NCBI GenBank assembly: GCA_951406725.2
Contig: OX597822.1
Location: 81,964,001 to 82,028,000, forward strand
Reading direction: 5' to 3'
Length of the DNA: 64,000 bases
Source: Octopus vulgaris
Taxonomy: Eukaryota
Below, piece after piece: positions 13,837-26,262 of this stretch. Made by a program: the position numbers and the translations under genes. The first letter of the stretch is position 1. Every line of letters begins with the position of its first letter. The notes under the pieces are model-generated. The model saw only the letters and a program-made list of their open reading frames with translations. It was not told the DNA's origin and searched no databases.

Positions 13837-14012
13837 CCCTTTAGCGCTCAGATTACTATCAAACGTAATGCTTATTTATTCACGTTGTTTTGAAATAATT
13901 CTGTATTATCTTGTAGCTTCAAGGTTTCAATGACATGATTGTTTATTTTTAGAGTGACATTGTAGGGTATGTGTAGGAGAAACCAGATCTGATTGGTTTA
14001 AATACCAAGGGG
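13837..14012 (+). mobile_element. piggyBac-type MITE, family 2
   Basis: TTAA|CCCTTTAGC...AAGGGG|TTAA; a longer reverse copy lies at ~41499-41750. Confidence 0.7.
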
Positions 14013-15607
14013 TTAAAACGAACTGGCCTGAGGTTAGACAGCAACAACTGGCTTAGGGTTTGAGTGGTAAACAGGAGGAAAAACTGTCTGACTGTAAACT
14101 CAATTGCACAATCAAATAAACCATTTCATCCATGCATGCATAGTTACAAAGAATGTGAAAAGATTACAAATGTCTGTGTATAACATAGCAGAGAGAGACA
14201 GAGAGAGATTTCATGTTGTTTTGGTTGTTTGTTTGCTTGTGTGTTTTTTGATTATTTTTTTTTCCTACCCTAAATTTGAATATTTCCTGTGATTTGTTTG
14301 AATAAATATTTTCACAGCTGGATATCTTCCTGACTTCCTGCTGTGAAACTCTACAATAAATAGAATGGTGAATGGTTGTTTAGAAGATAGGAATAATGTA
14401 ACTGGTGATATGTGTATGCTTAGCTGTTGTTTTGTGTATCTCTCTATCAAGGTCATTGAACTTCTAAACTGAGAGGTCATGCTGGAGCATTTTAATTTCA
14501 CATAACCTATTAGGTGTCTTTGTCAAACCTGCTGACAATACAGACAATTTGTGTGTGTGTTTTTGAATTGTTTCTGTCATTGAACAGTGGCCTTGCTGGA
14601 GCGCTCTCTTGAAGTCTATATAGGCCTACATTATCCTATGTTCTCTAGGATAATAACTGATATGACCATTTAGAGTGGTGTTTCTCAGCTTATGGTGCTA
14701 GCACCACTTGGGAGTATTAAAAGTTTTTTCAGGGAGTTCAAATCCAACTTCTTTGAATGCCTCTGTAAAACATTAAGAGGCTGGTTGCTGGGCAGTTTGA
14801 CTTGTTGTCAAAGAAAGTTCTGGACCAAAAAAACTTAAGAAACAATGATCTGTTGTTTAATCACAAGTTAGTCTTGATTATGCTGACCCAATTATCAAGC
14901 CATGACCAGCCTGCCTTGTCTTTTTCTTTATTTAAAACTTCATTACCCAGTATGCTCTTTTTTTAAAAAAGTTAGATGGCAATGTGTGATTTGAAGGAAT
15001 TTAACTGCTATTTCTGGGCAGGTTGAGTGATGTTACAGGGTTTTCTATGAGTTTGATTTGATTATAACCATCTTGTTGTGTAGATATTGACCTGGTGATC
15101 GGGGACTCTCATGAATAACTTTTATATAGGATCAAGCCATTGCACACATGCCAACCATGAAACACAACCAGTAATTAGAACCAGAGTCAAGATCTAATGA
15201 CAAGGTAGATTTAGTCAATGGATGGACCCTATTCTGAGGCTGAACATTGTCCAGTACATCCTTCCTTTTTAAAACAGTAAGAAAGGATTTGAGAGAGAGA
15301 GAGAGAGTTCACTGCTATTTCTAGCAGGGTGAGTGAGTATGCAGAGGTCTTTTGGTTAGCTTCAAGGTGAAGCTTAATATCCCCTGAATCAGAAATCAGT
15401 CAGTAACATTCCTCTCCAGTATCCTATTATTTATTATTGTCAGTAGCTTAGCTGTCCAAAAGAAAATGTTTCACTAAGAAAACCAACAAATTGTCATGGA
15501 TTTCAGTTCCTGGCCCTTGAGCAAGTAATCTAAGATCTAATTCTCCCACTGCCTTCGTCTGTCTGTACAGCAGTTTTAATTATTTATTTCTTGATTTTCA
15601 TTGTCAG

Positions 15608-15724
15608 TTGGAGAAGAAGTGTCGGCAACAGTATGATGTGGTACAGAAGTGTGACAAAGAATACAGTGAAGCGTGCCAAAAAGCAGAAGCAGCTCGACAA
15701 GAATGGGATCTCAGCATATTAAAG
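15608..15724 (+). CDS. NOSTRIN: NOSTRIN-like exon (F-BAR)
   Basis: gtcag|TTG...AAG|gtaaca; LEKKCRQQYDVVQKCDKEYSEACQKAEAARQEWDLSILK; phase 0-0. Confidence 0.9.
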
Positions 15725-16677
15725 GTAACACTTAATGCTGGTATTTTCTTGCTTCTATGATCTTCCTCATTTTTTTTTTGTCTCATGTATGGTGTGGAAG
15801 CAGTCTTCAGATTTCATGGCATGTCTTTATAAAAGACTGTCCTGTCCACTATGAAGAACCATGTCCAGATTAACGAACGTTTTGTTTTGTTTTTTTATGT
15901 TGGAGAGGAGCAATCTTCAAATCCCGTGGCAGTAGGAAGAGCCCTGTCCAGTCCTCTATGATCAACCCAACTGCCTGTTCATGAAACTGACGTGCACGTG
16001 TACCCTTAATGTAGTTCTCGGGGAGATTCAGTGTGTTACAGAATGTGACAAAGCTGGCCCTTTGAATTACAGGTACAATTCATTTTTGCCAGCTGAGTGG
16101 ATTGGAGCAAAGTGAAGTAAAGTGTCTTGCTCAAGGACACGACATGCTGCCAGGAATTGAAACTCATGGCCTTACAATCATGAACCCAATGCCTTAACCA
16201 TTAAGCCACACACCTTCACTGCTACCAACACCAACAGAACCAGTGTCACTGCTACCAATGTGCTAAGTCTTTAATGACTGACCACCAACATTGCTACCAA
16301 AATAGCCATGTGGGAACACCACTGTATCTTTGGCCACATTGGGTATATGTCAAATTGGTGGGTAGATGTGGTGTATGTTGCAGTGGGTGGGGGGTTTTGT
16401 ATGTGTGTGTGAGTGTAGGTTATTGTTGTATGCTTTCGTCAGAAGAGGAAATGGATGGTGAGCATCATCGTCTAACGTCTGTTTTCCATGCTGGCATAGG
16501 TTGGACAGTTCGACTGAGGTGTGGGGAGCCAGGAGGCTGCACCAGACCTCAATTTGATAAGTGCTTCAGAGGAACACTTTAAATTTATTGTCATCAACTG
16601 CTCCCTGAATGAATAAGTTACGTAAGTAATTTCTCATAAGAAAATATTGACTAACATGTGCTAATGTTTCCAAACAG

Positions 16678-16785
16678 GGTGCTGCTCAGATGCAAGTTAT
16701 TGAAGAGGATCGCATCAACAAGATGCAGGAATTACTAAAGGTCTTTAACTCAAATATATCACAACAGGGTCCGCAGTTGTCTCAG
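16678..16785 (+). CDS. NOSTRIN: NOSTRIN-like exon (F-BAR)
   Basis: aacag|GGT...CAG|gtaagt; GAAQMQVIEEDRINKMQELLKVFNSNISQQGPQLSQ, containing the F-BAR Q-x-x-E-x-x-R-I motif; phase 0-0. Confidence 0.9.
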
Positions 16786-17236
16786 GTAAGTTCCTTCTTA
16801 TATCTCTATCAGAGAAAACAGTAGTTTTGTATCTGCGATCACATTCGTCTTTGTTAAGTTCTTACTCGATATAATTATATTAGAGAGATGTTTAAATACC
16901 TCAAGTGAGGTCTACTTGAGATGATCATAGCAAGAATTTTAGTACCTTCTTGGATCAAGGTAACAATGTCAGTTTATTCCACCCTTCTCTTGTCACATAA
17001 CTGGATGCTCCAATGTAAGAACTACCTTGATGTGTTTTTGATACAAGTTACACCTTAACATATGTTACAACAAAGATACTTTGTGTAGGTTAAGAAGTTT
17101 GCTTTGCAACCAGGTGGTTTCCAGTTCAGTTCCCCTCTATGGCACCCTGAGCAAGTGTCTTCTACTAAAGCCCCAGACCAACCAATGCCTCGTAGATAGA
17201 AACTATGTGGAAACGAGTTGTGTGTGTGTGTATGTG

Positions 17237-17269
<33 letters not shown>

Positions 17270-17371
17270 GTATATATACGTATGTATATGTATAAAAACA
17301 GATCTTCTTATCCCTTAGACAGTTATTCCAACTGCTAACTCTACTAACCTATGTGTGTATGTATGTATGCT

Positions 17372-17955
17372 ATATAGGGAACTTGTTAGTGGAAAGGGAC
17401 CCCAGTAGAAACCAAAGCTGCAATTTCGGGACTGAGTCAGTTCCTCATTAACCCTTTCGTTACTGTATTTATTTTGAGATGCTCTGCTTTTCTCTCAATT
17501 ATTTTAAATATAACAAAGAATTCAGTAAAATAACTTAGTTACCATTAAGCTAGTGTTAGGAACATCAATTGTGACTAAGGTTTGATGGAAGATTTTAAAT
17601 TAAAACTTATGAAAACAAGACATTTGTACTACAGAGCCTGAGGCGGTTTCAGCCGTGTTGGTAATGAAAGGGTTAAAGGCCTATGATATGCTGGAGGCTG
17701 ACTGGGAGAGCAATACCTGTCATCGCCACAGATGGAGGAAGCAGGTTAAGGAGGAGATCGACACTTTTGAGAGAGCACGTATTCTACATAAAGGACTTAA
17801 GCATGCCGCTCGAAACCACCCTGTTGGTGTAGTGAATGGGGAAAGTTTGGTTTACAATGTTTGCAGTCATGTAAGCTTGTCTAGAGCAGGGCTTATTGAC
17901 CACCAACGGAGTCGCAAATGTTCCTAAAGGTCAGCAATGGTCTTCCTTGGTCATG
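17372..17955 (+). mobile_element. RTE-type LINE C-terminal fragment split by a piggyBac MITE
   Basis: Removing 17452-17676 rejoins SSLKAYDMLEADWESNTCHRHRWRKQV...VCSHVSLSRAGLIDHQRS (degenerate C-terminal zinc finger). Confidence 0.7.
17452..17672 (+). mobile_element. piggyBac-type MITE, family 1
   Basis: TTAA|CCCTTTCGTTAC...GTAATGAAAGGG|TTAA. Confidence 0.9.
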
Positions 17956-20900
17956 AGTGGCTGTGTAGTAAGTAGATAGCTTACCAACCACATGGTTCCA
18001 GGTTCAGTCCCACTGCGTGGCACCTTGGGCAAGTGTTTTCTGCTATAGCCTTGTGAAGGGATTTGGTAGACAGAAACGGAAAGAAGCCAGTCATATATAT
18101 AAATATATATATGTATTTTTTTTGTCTGTTTGCATCTCCTGTAATTTAGCAGTTTGGCAAAAAGAGAGTGGTAGAATAAGTATAAAGCTTAAAAGAAAAA
18201 AATGAGTACTTAGGTCTCTCCATTAAACTAAAAATTCTTCAAAGTGGTGCTGCAGCATGGCCACAGCCAAATGCCTGAAGCAAGTAAAAGCTAAGGCACA
18301 AATACTCACATTACACCCACATCTGGCATTGGCTGTAAGTAACGTTAAAAACAAACCTATTAATTAGGGGTACCAGACTATTGTATGACTGCCATATCTA
18401 TATCATTGCTAGAATTACAAGAGACAACTGGTTCTCGATATTGGCAAGTTAAAAATCAGGGATGTTAGGTTACTGTGGAGGGAAATACATAGCTCTGTCC
18501 CCACCCCCCGACATTGCATATTTTCACTCCTCAAAGTAACCCGACACCTAATGTCTGGCTTCTGTTGTCTCCATTCTATGCTTACAAAAGATTGAAGAAG
18601 CACCCCTCTTTGACTAGACTTCCTTTGTTATTCTTTGTACAGGCCTATTTCTTAAAGGCCTTGTTACCCATTTGCAATACTTACTTATTTACTAATGTTA
18701 ATATGTACACGCACACACATCTGTGTGTGTAGACATAAACATCAGTAATTAAGATAGTATTACAGATGTCTAACAAAGCCTTAGCTTGCTTCCCAGCCAC
18801 ATGGTTCCAGGTTCAGTCCCACTGCATGGCAACTTGGGCAAGTGTTTTCTACTATAGCCTCAGGCTAACCAAAGCCTGACGAGTGGATTTGGTAGATGGA
18901 AACCAAGAGAAGCCTGTCGTGTGTGTGTACATGTACATATGGATGTGTATACCTATGTGTGCCAGGCTTTAAAAGACAAAATAAGCTCTGGGATTGATTT
19001 GTTCCACTTTAAGACGATGCTGCAGTATGGCCACTGTCCAAGTAAAAGATAAAAGATACACACACAGTGTGATGCAAGAGTTACATTTCATTTTAAAACC
19101 TAAATAACTTTATCAAGAGAAAGGTGAAGGAATTTTCCATTTAGAGATTTATTTGGGATCTTGAAAATTATTTTGAACTAATTAGGTACAGATATGGCTG
19201 TGTGGTTTAAAAAGCTTGACTTGCACCCATGTGGTTTGCGGTTCAGTCCCACTGCACAGTACCTTGGCCAAATGTCTTTTACTATAGCCCCTTGCCAATA
19301 CCTTGTGAGTAAATTTGGTTTATGAAAACTGTGAGGAATCCTACCATGTGTGTGAGTTGTTTGTACCTTACCTCTATCACTTGACAACTGGTGTTTTGTC
19401 TACCTCTCTGTAATTTAGCAATTAGTCATAAATGACAAATAGAATATGTACCATCATCATCATCGTCTGACATCCATCTTCCATGCTGGTATGAGTGGGA
19501 CAGTCTGACAGGAGCCGGCCAGGCAGAAGCCTGCACCAGACCTCTGTGACTGTATTGGCAAGATTTTTACTGCTCAATGCCCTTCATAATACCAACCACT
19601 CAGCAGAGTGGGCTTAATGCTTTTTACATGGTACAAGCACAGGCGAGGTCGGCTTTGGCAAGGTTTTTACAGCTGGATGCCCTTCCAAACGCCAACATTT
19701 TTGCAGTGTGGACTGGATGCTTTTTAAATGGCACCTGCACTGACAGGATCACCAAGTACCTTGCAAGACAAAAATCTTTTGGGAGGGGAGGAGGTGATCT
19801 TGTGTCAGATTAATGAAAGTAAAACAGAAACAGGTGTCTTGTTCTAGAGGAGGTACAAGGTTACCTGGCCAGAGAGAGATCAAGAATGAAGACAGAAACA
19901 GGTGTGCTATCGCAAAGTACCAGATTTAAAATAATAAAAAGGCTTCAAGAAACTTCACCTTGCTTCGAAACAGGTGAGGATTAACAACAGCAAGCACATC
20001 CAACTGGTGAAAATCTGTCTCAGCATAGCCTCTGCTGACCCCTGCATGCACGAAATAATAAACATTAAAACAATGTGCTGTGCGAGAGTATGACACCCTC
20101 TCCTCCTGGCAAGAATGGACCGGACCACTACATATAAATAGTAGCGGCCTGAACAAGCGAGGTGTTAGTTCCACAGTTGATTGTTCAAAGTTCACAGTTT
20201 GAGTTAGCGTGTTGGATTGTTGGTTCTTAAAAGATTGTGGTTACTGCCGTTTGTTTCAGTTCTGTTCTTACAACACTGTTGCAGTGTATTCGTCAATCCA
20301 TCAGGACATAAGGCAATGATATTGGCTGAAACTATACCAAATTGCCAAATTTCTGAGTTCTTTGATCCTCTAGTGATAATAGAAATACAATACATTTTAT
20401 AATTGTTATACAGAATAAAGAATTGTTGTATGTTTTATTTAATAAACTATTAAAGATCCCTGTAAACAAACAAAAAAAATGCTGTTTGATTAAATGGAAA
20501 CATTTAACAGCATTATTCAGGGCTATGTTAGCATTTGTTTGTGACGCATTTACATATTTCAACAGAAGTTTGGTCTTCTGGCATCAAAGCTGTGCTATGA
20601 TTACAATATTGTTTTTGTTGTATAAATTTTCTACATAGGTAGCTTCTACTATAGCCTCAGGCCGACTAAAGCCTTGTGAGTGGATTTGGTAGATATATAT
20701 ATGTGTGTATGTGTGTGTGTGTGTGTATATATATGTCTGTGTGTTTGTCCCCCACCCCACCCCATGATCATTTGACAACTGATGTTGGTGTGTTTACATC
20801 CCCGTAACTGAGCGGTTTGGCATAAGAGACCAATTGGATAAGTACTAGGCTCACAAAGAATAAGTCCTGGGGTGGATTTGTTCAACTAAAGGCAGTGCTC

Positions 20901-21030
20901 CAGCATGGCCGCAGTCAAATGACCGAAACAAATAAAAGAATACCAGTTACTGGTCTACTTCTCTAGTTTTTCGTATTATTGCATGTACAGGGAGAGGGAT
21001 GCTCTTAGAGAAGCAGCAATCCTGGATTTA

Positions 21031-21264
21031 GGGTGGCCAGCTAGCAGAATCATTAATATGCCAGGCAAAATGCTTAGCAGTATTTCGTCTGCTGTTATGT
21101 TCTGAGTTCAAATTCCACTGAGGTCGATTTTGCCTTTCTTCCTTTTGGGGTCAATTAAATAAGTAGCAGTTATGCACTGGTGTTGATGTAATCGACTTAA
21201 TCCCTTTGTCTGTCCTTGTTTGTCCCCTCAAGGTTTAGCCCCCCACCGTGGGCAATAAAGAAAT
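21031..21264 (+). mobile_element. tRNA-derived SINE (family B)
   Basis: Head ...GAGTTCAAATTCC (B box) plus a core resembling GACTTTGCCTTTCATCCTTTCGGGGTCGAT. Other copies at ~3940-4095, 9615-9810, 22797-23026, 23378-23592, 27435-27770, 37455-37725 and 47627-47820. Confidence 0.85.
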
Positions 21265-21918
21265 ACAAATATTGGATTTGTTGTTTCAATCCAAGTAAGC
21301 TTGGAATGAAGTATGATCAGTGACATTCTAAATATGATTGTGCTGTCTTTTTTCTGGCATAAGGTATCTTAGACTATATTATCCAATGTGTCCTTCCTCT
21401 TTTTAAGACAGTATAATGTGATTTCAGTCAGATGTGGCTTCTATTTCTAGCAGATTGAGCCATGCTGTCAATGCTACCTCAATGACCAATCTGTACTGCT
21501 GCATCATTTAGTACTGTTCATGTCTTTTATCTTTTATATGTTTGTCATTGGACCGAGGCCATTCTGGGGCACCACCTTAAAGGTTTTAGTTAAATAAATC
21601 CTAGTGCTTATTTTAAAGTCTGGTCTATATTCCATTAGTCACCTTTGCTGAACTGCTCAGTTACTGGGATATAAAGAAACCAACATTGGTTGTTTATCAA
21701 TAGCTGGGTTTGTGAACAAATGCAAAGACACACTCCCGTTTCTATATGACAGGCTTCCACCTAGTTTCCATCTACCAAATCCACTCATGGCATTGGCCAT
21801 CCAGGTGCTATTGTAGAAGACACTTTGTCTGAAAGGGCTGTGCAGTGGGACTGAACCTGAAACCATGTAATTACAAAGAGAGCATCTTAGCCACTCACCC
21901 ATATCTATTCCACCTTAA

Positions 21919-22140
21919 CCCTTTCGTTACCAACCCAGCTGAAACCGGCTCTGGCTCTGTAGTACAAATGTCTTGTTTTCATAAGTTTTGAATTAAAATC
22001 TTCCACCAAACCTTAGTCACAATTTATGTTCCTAACACTAGCTTAATGATAACTAAGTTATTTTACTAAATTCTTTGTTATATTTAAAGTAATTGAAAAA
22101 AAACACAGAGCATCTCAAAATAAATACAGTAACGAAAGGG
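21919..22140 (-). mobile_element. piggyBac-type MITE, family 1
   Basis: TTAA TSD, perfect 12-bp TIR CCCTTTCGTTAC; reverse complement of 17452-17672. Confidence 0.9.
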
Positions 22141-22305
22141 TTAATATTTTGTTTGCTGTGATTACAGGTGTTAACGAAAGGATAATCCAGTTAGTGAATC
22201 CAAATATTAGACTCTACATATTTGTGTTGTGCTCTCCCTTCTTCAAAATTATTCTGTCCCTTTTACACACACATACACATTTATTTATATATGTTAAATT
22301 TTCAG

Positions 22306-22425
22306 GCTTATGCGAATTTGGATAAAGTTGTTAGCCAAATCGACTTAAAAGAAGATTTGAAAAATGTGATGAAAGAGAGAGGGACAGGTCCACCTCAGCC
22401 CCATCAGATTTTGTTCGATTGTTAC
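22306..22425 (+). CDS. NOSTRIN: NOSTRIN-like exon (end of F-BAR)
   Basis: ttcag|GCT...TAC|gtgagt; AYANLDKVVSQIDLKEDLKNVMKERGTGPPQPHQILFDCY; phase 0-0. Confidence 0.9.
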
Positions 22426-22642
22426 GTGAGTATTGATATGAGATGATTTCTTTGCTTTGTTTTTTTGTTACTTTTCATCCTTTTTTTTTTTTCCATGTCC
22501 CATACCAATGTGGCTATCTTTGATTCATTAGGAACATTTGCTTGTCTTTGATTTTGTTTCTAACCATCATATACTCAATGTGGTTTGCACAACAGCATTT
22601 ACTTACCTTTTCTCGTTCTCTTGTTTTATGTTTTCTTTCAAG

Positions 22643-22751
22643 GCTGAAGATATGAACCTCTCCATGAACGTAAACCGACGTAAACAGGCCCTCAAAAGTT
22701 ACTTGTTTTACATTGAATCTGCAGTCGAGCGTGAGAAAAAGGGGAAAGAAG
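22643..22751 (+). CDS. NOSTRIN: NOSTRIN-like exon (HR1 start)
   Basis: tcaag|GCT...GAA G|gtaaat; AEDMNLSMNVNRRKQALKSYLFYIESAVEREKKGKE(G); phase 0-1. Confidence 0.9.
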
Positions 22752-23029
22752 GTAAATTTCCAAAATATTTTGCTTGTGTGAGACACATAATAATAATATT
22801 TCTTTATTGCCCACAGGGGGCTAAACATAGAGGGGACAAACAATGACAGACAAAGGGATTGGAGTTGATTAGATCGACCCCAGTGCATAACTGATACTTA
22901 TTTAATCAACCTCGAAAGGATGAAAGGCAAAGTCGACCTCGGCGGAATTTGAACTCAGAGCGTAACAGCAGACGATATACTGCTAAGCATTTCGCCCGGT
23001 GTGCTAACGCTTCTGCCAGCTCACCATAA

Positions 23030-23376
23030 TAATAAGAGCACAAACCTCCGCCAAAGCAACACAACGTCTTCTCAACGATTAGCCAGGGATGATTTTTAAA
23101 ATAAGAATATCAGAAATAAACTCGACTTCTCTCATAAACAAGAATACTAAAAATGAACCCGACCTCTCTCAAAAGTTAAGTAAAAGTAAAAATAATCCAG
23201 AATCTTTGTCCTGTGCCGGATTGATCCCAAAATCTAATCAGTTTGTGCCAGTCACAAGTTCAAACATCCCTGAAAGTTTAATCTGAATCCATCCAGCAGT
23301 TCTTGAGATATCTTGTCCATGGACAAACAAACACAACTGAAAACAATACCTCTACCTTCGCTAAGGCTGAGGTAAT
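23030..23376. mobile_element. Helentron/HINE-like non-autonomous element
   Basis: Subterminal ACCTCCGCC near one end and hairpin CCTCTACCTT-CGCT-AAGGCTGAGG near the other; inserted in (AAT)n between two SINEs. Confidence 0.45.
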
Positions 23377-24682
23377 AATCCTTTCTACTATAGGCATAGG
23401 GACTGAAATCTTGTGGGAGTGTGGCTAATCGATTACATCGACCCCAGTACTTGACTGGTACTTATTTTATCAACCCCGAAAAAATGAAAGGCAAAGTTGA
23501 CCATGGCAGAATTTGAACCCTGAAGGTAAAGATGAACAATATGCTGCTAAGCATTTTGTCCAGTGTGCTAACAATTCTGCCATTTCACCACCCTATATTT
23601 TGAGTAGTTTTCTCAAAAAACTTTGTACCCTCATTCTCAACACTTAGGTAAGCTGTAACAATAGAGAGATAAAGCTGTTGTTCATAAAAAATACAAGAGA
23701 CTAGCCACAGTCTAGATTTGAACTAATGATCCAATGGTTTATTCACTGAAATTCACAGTCTTTGGGATGCAGTCATTTTTTTTTTCTCTTATTTTCCCTT
23801 CTACTTCAGTGATGCTTTTGTTATGTCCTTTAGCTCAACTTGTGTCTGCTTGATTTCTGTCTTTCAGTCTTTTGCAGTCCACAAAATATCGTCTTCATGA
23901 TTTAGCACTCATTTCCCAAGCTGGCAGAAGCTGAATGGTTTGATAGGAAACTGGCAAGTCAGAAGATTGCACCAAACTTTGCAGTCTGCTTTGGCATGGT
24001 TTCTACAAGCTGGATGTCCTTCCTAATCATCATTGTCATCATCGTTTAACATCCGTTTTCCATTCTGGCATGGGTTGGAGAGGTCTGGAGAGCCAGCGGC
24101 TGCACCAGGCTCCAATCTGATCTGGCAATGTTTCTACAGCTGGATGCTCTTCCTAACGCCAAACATTCCGAGAGTGTAATGAGTGCTTTTTACGTGCCAC
24201 TGGCACAGGAGCCAGTCAGGCAGCCCTGGCATCAATCAGACTGAAGCAAGTAAAAGAGTCAGATTTCTGGTCTTGTGCTGAAGCTAGAAATCATTATTGG
24301 TTATGAGACTCAGCTGGAGCAGACCTGTTATCGAGAACATTCTTTGTTTTGGGCATAACTGAGATAGGATGAGGTTCAAGAGAGATTTATCTGCTATTTC
24401 TAACAGGTTGACCTACTGCATAGAGGCCCCAACGAAGGAGTCTCTGTGCCCTAGAGTATGTGAGGTTTGTTATGAGTTGGCAGAATTAGTTGAGCAACAG
24501 ACTAAATTGTCTGACATTGTTTAGTTTCGTCCTTTTAATATTGATTCAACTTATATCAGGATTGCTAAAATAAATACCAGTTATATAAGTGGACTCAAAT
24601 CAATTTCCTACTAAAATATTGTCATTCAGCAAGACTTAGCCTTATATTTCACAACATAAACTGTTCTTTGTATTTGTTGCAG

Positions 24683-24771
24683 GGGTGGAGAAACTATTAC
24701 AAGTGTATAAAGACCGACCAAATTTTGCAGATGCCGATGCACAAGACGAAGCAAAGAATCGTTTGATGCAG
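24683..24771 (+). CDS. NOSTRIN: NOSTRIN-like exon (HR1)
   Basis: tgcag|GG GTG...CAG|gtctgg; VEKLLQVYKDRPNFADADAQDEAKNRLMQ, matching the HR1 pattern G-x-E-K-x-x-x-x-Y-x-x-x-P-x-F; phase 1-0. Confidence 0.88.
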
Positions 24772-25911
24772 GTCTGGTGGCTTTGAATCCTTTCTTTCTT
24801 ATCTTGAGCTTCTCAATTTTTTTTTTTTGGTAACATTTTCGTTTTCACAAAAAGATTCACACTTAAATGTTGTATTACATCATCATCATCACCATTTAAT
24901 ATCCATTTTTGGTGCTGGCATGGGTTGGACAGTTTGTCAGTAGCTGGTAAGGCCAGGAGTTGCACCAGGTGCTATTGTCTGTTTTGGCATAGTTTCTACA
25001 GCTGGATGCCCTTCCTAATGTCAACCACTTTACAGAGTGTACTGGGCACTTTCTATGTGGCACCAGCAAGGGCACTTTTTATGTGACGATATCACAGGTG
25101 CTTCTTATGTGACACCAGCACTGATGCTGTTTACCTGGTACCTGCACAGGTGCTTCTTACATAGCACCTGCAGTATTGCTCAGTAGCTTACATTTAGGGT
25201 AAGCATTTGTGTGCTGAGGGTGCTGCTGTACCCCATCTCTGAATGCAGGAGTTGGTGTTTCATCAGGTGGCTAAACAGCTCTTTAAGTGTTTCAATCCTT
25301 TCTGCCACAACATTAGAACTGCACAGAGCTGACACTCACATTAGTGAGTAACAAAACTCATGCACAATAACACAAGTTTTGTTGAGTCAGATTTTGTAAC
25401 CCTGGGCCAGATGTTTGTTTGCTGCCAGATGAACCCTAGTAACACATAACTGTAATCAAAGGCATTTTATTTATTTTTTTTTATGGCATAATATCTCTGA
25501 CAATATCTATATATCCTCCTCTCCTTTTTTTTTCTATAGATGGTAAATTTTAGATAATCATGAATCACAGAGATTTCTTCAAAAATATGATATGCATACA
25601 TGATATATATATATATATATATAGATATAATGATAAGCATCCAGTTATGATATTACATCAAAAACGAAATGCTTATGAGTGCGATTAAAGTTCCATGGAC
25701 CCTGCATGCTCTCTTGAAATGTTTGTTGTCATGTCTACATTGCCATTAAGCCTTTTTCAATAGATTAAAAGTTTATGGAGCTCTATACACTGTTAACCTA
25801 TATTTGCCGCAACTCTCTCTCTCTCTCTGATCTAACAAACTTGGTGTAGTATAAGTGTACATATTTGAGTATTATATGTCTAAGTAACCAGGTGTTTTCT
25901 CTGTGTTACAG

Positions 25912-26040
25912 GTAACATTTACATTGAACTTCCTTGAAGCCAGCCACTTGAAGATAAACACTGCATTATCTGTGATGAATGGTCAGAGCAAACCAAATCA
26001 TCGGTTTGTTCAATATATAGAGACCTTAAAGGACAAACAG
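25912..26040 (+). CDS. NOSTRIN: NOSTRIN-like exon (HR1 end)
   Basis: tacag|GTA...CAG|gtatgg; VTFTLNFLEASHLKINTALSVMNGQSKPNHRFVQYIETLKDKQ (compare human LDLLEANSYKLSSML...QPSHP); phase 0-0. Confidence 0.88.
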
Positions 26041-26054
26041 GTATGGCTAATTAA

Positions 26055-26262
26055 CCCTTTTGTTACTGTATTATTTTCATATGCTCTGTGTTTCTTTTAA
26101 TTAATTTTAAATGTAACAAAGAATTTAGTAAAATAACTTAGTTATCATTCAGCTAGTGTTAGGAACATAAATTGGTGAAAGATTTGAGTTCAGAATTTAT
26201 GAAAACAAGACATTTGTGCTACGGAACCAGAGGCGGTATCAGCTAGTTTGGTATCAAAAGCG
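26055..26262 (+). mobile_element. piggyBac-type MITE, family 1 (degenerate)
   Basis: TTAA|CCCTTTTGTTAC...GTATCAAAAGCG|TTAA, starting 14 nt after an exon donor. Confidence 0.8.
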
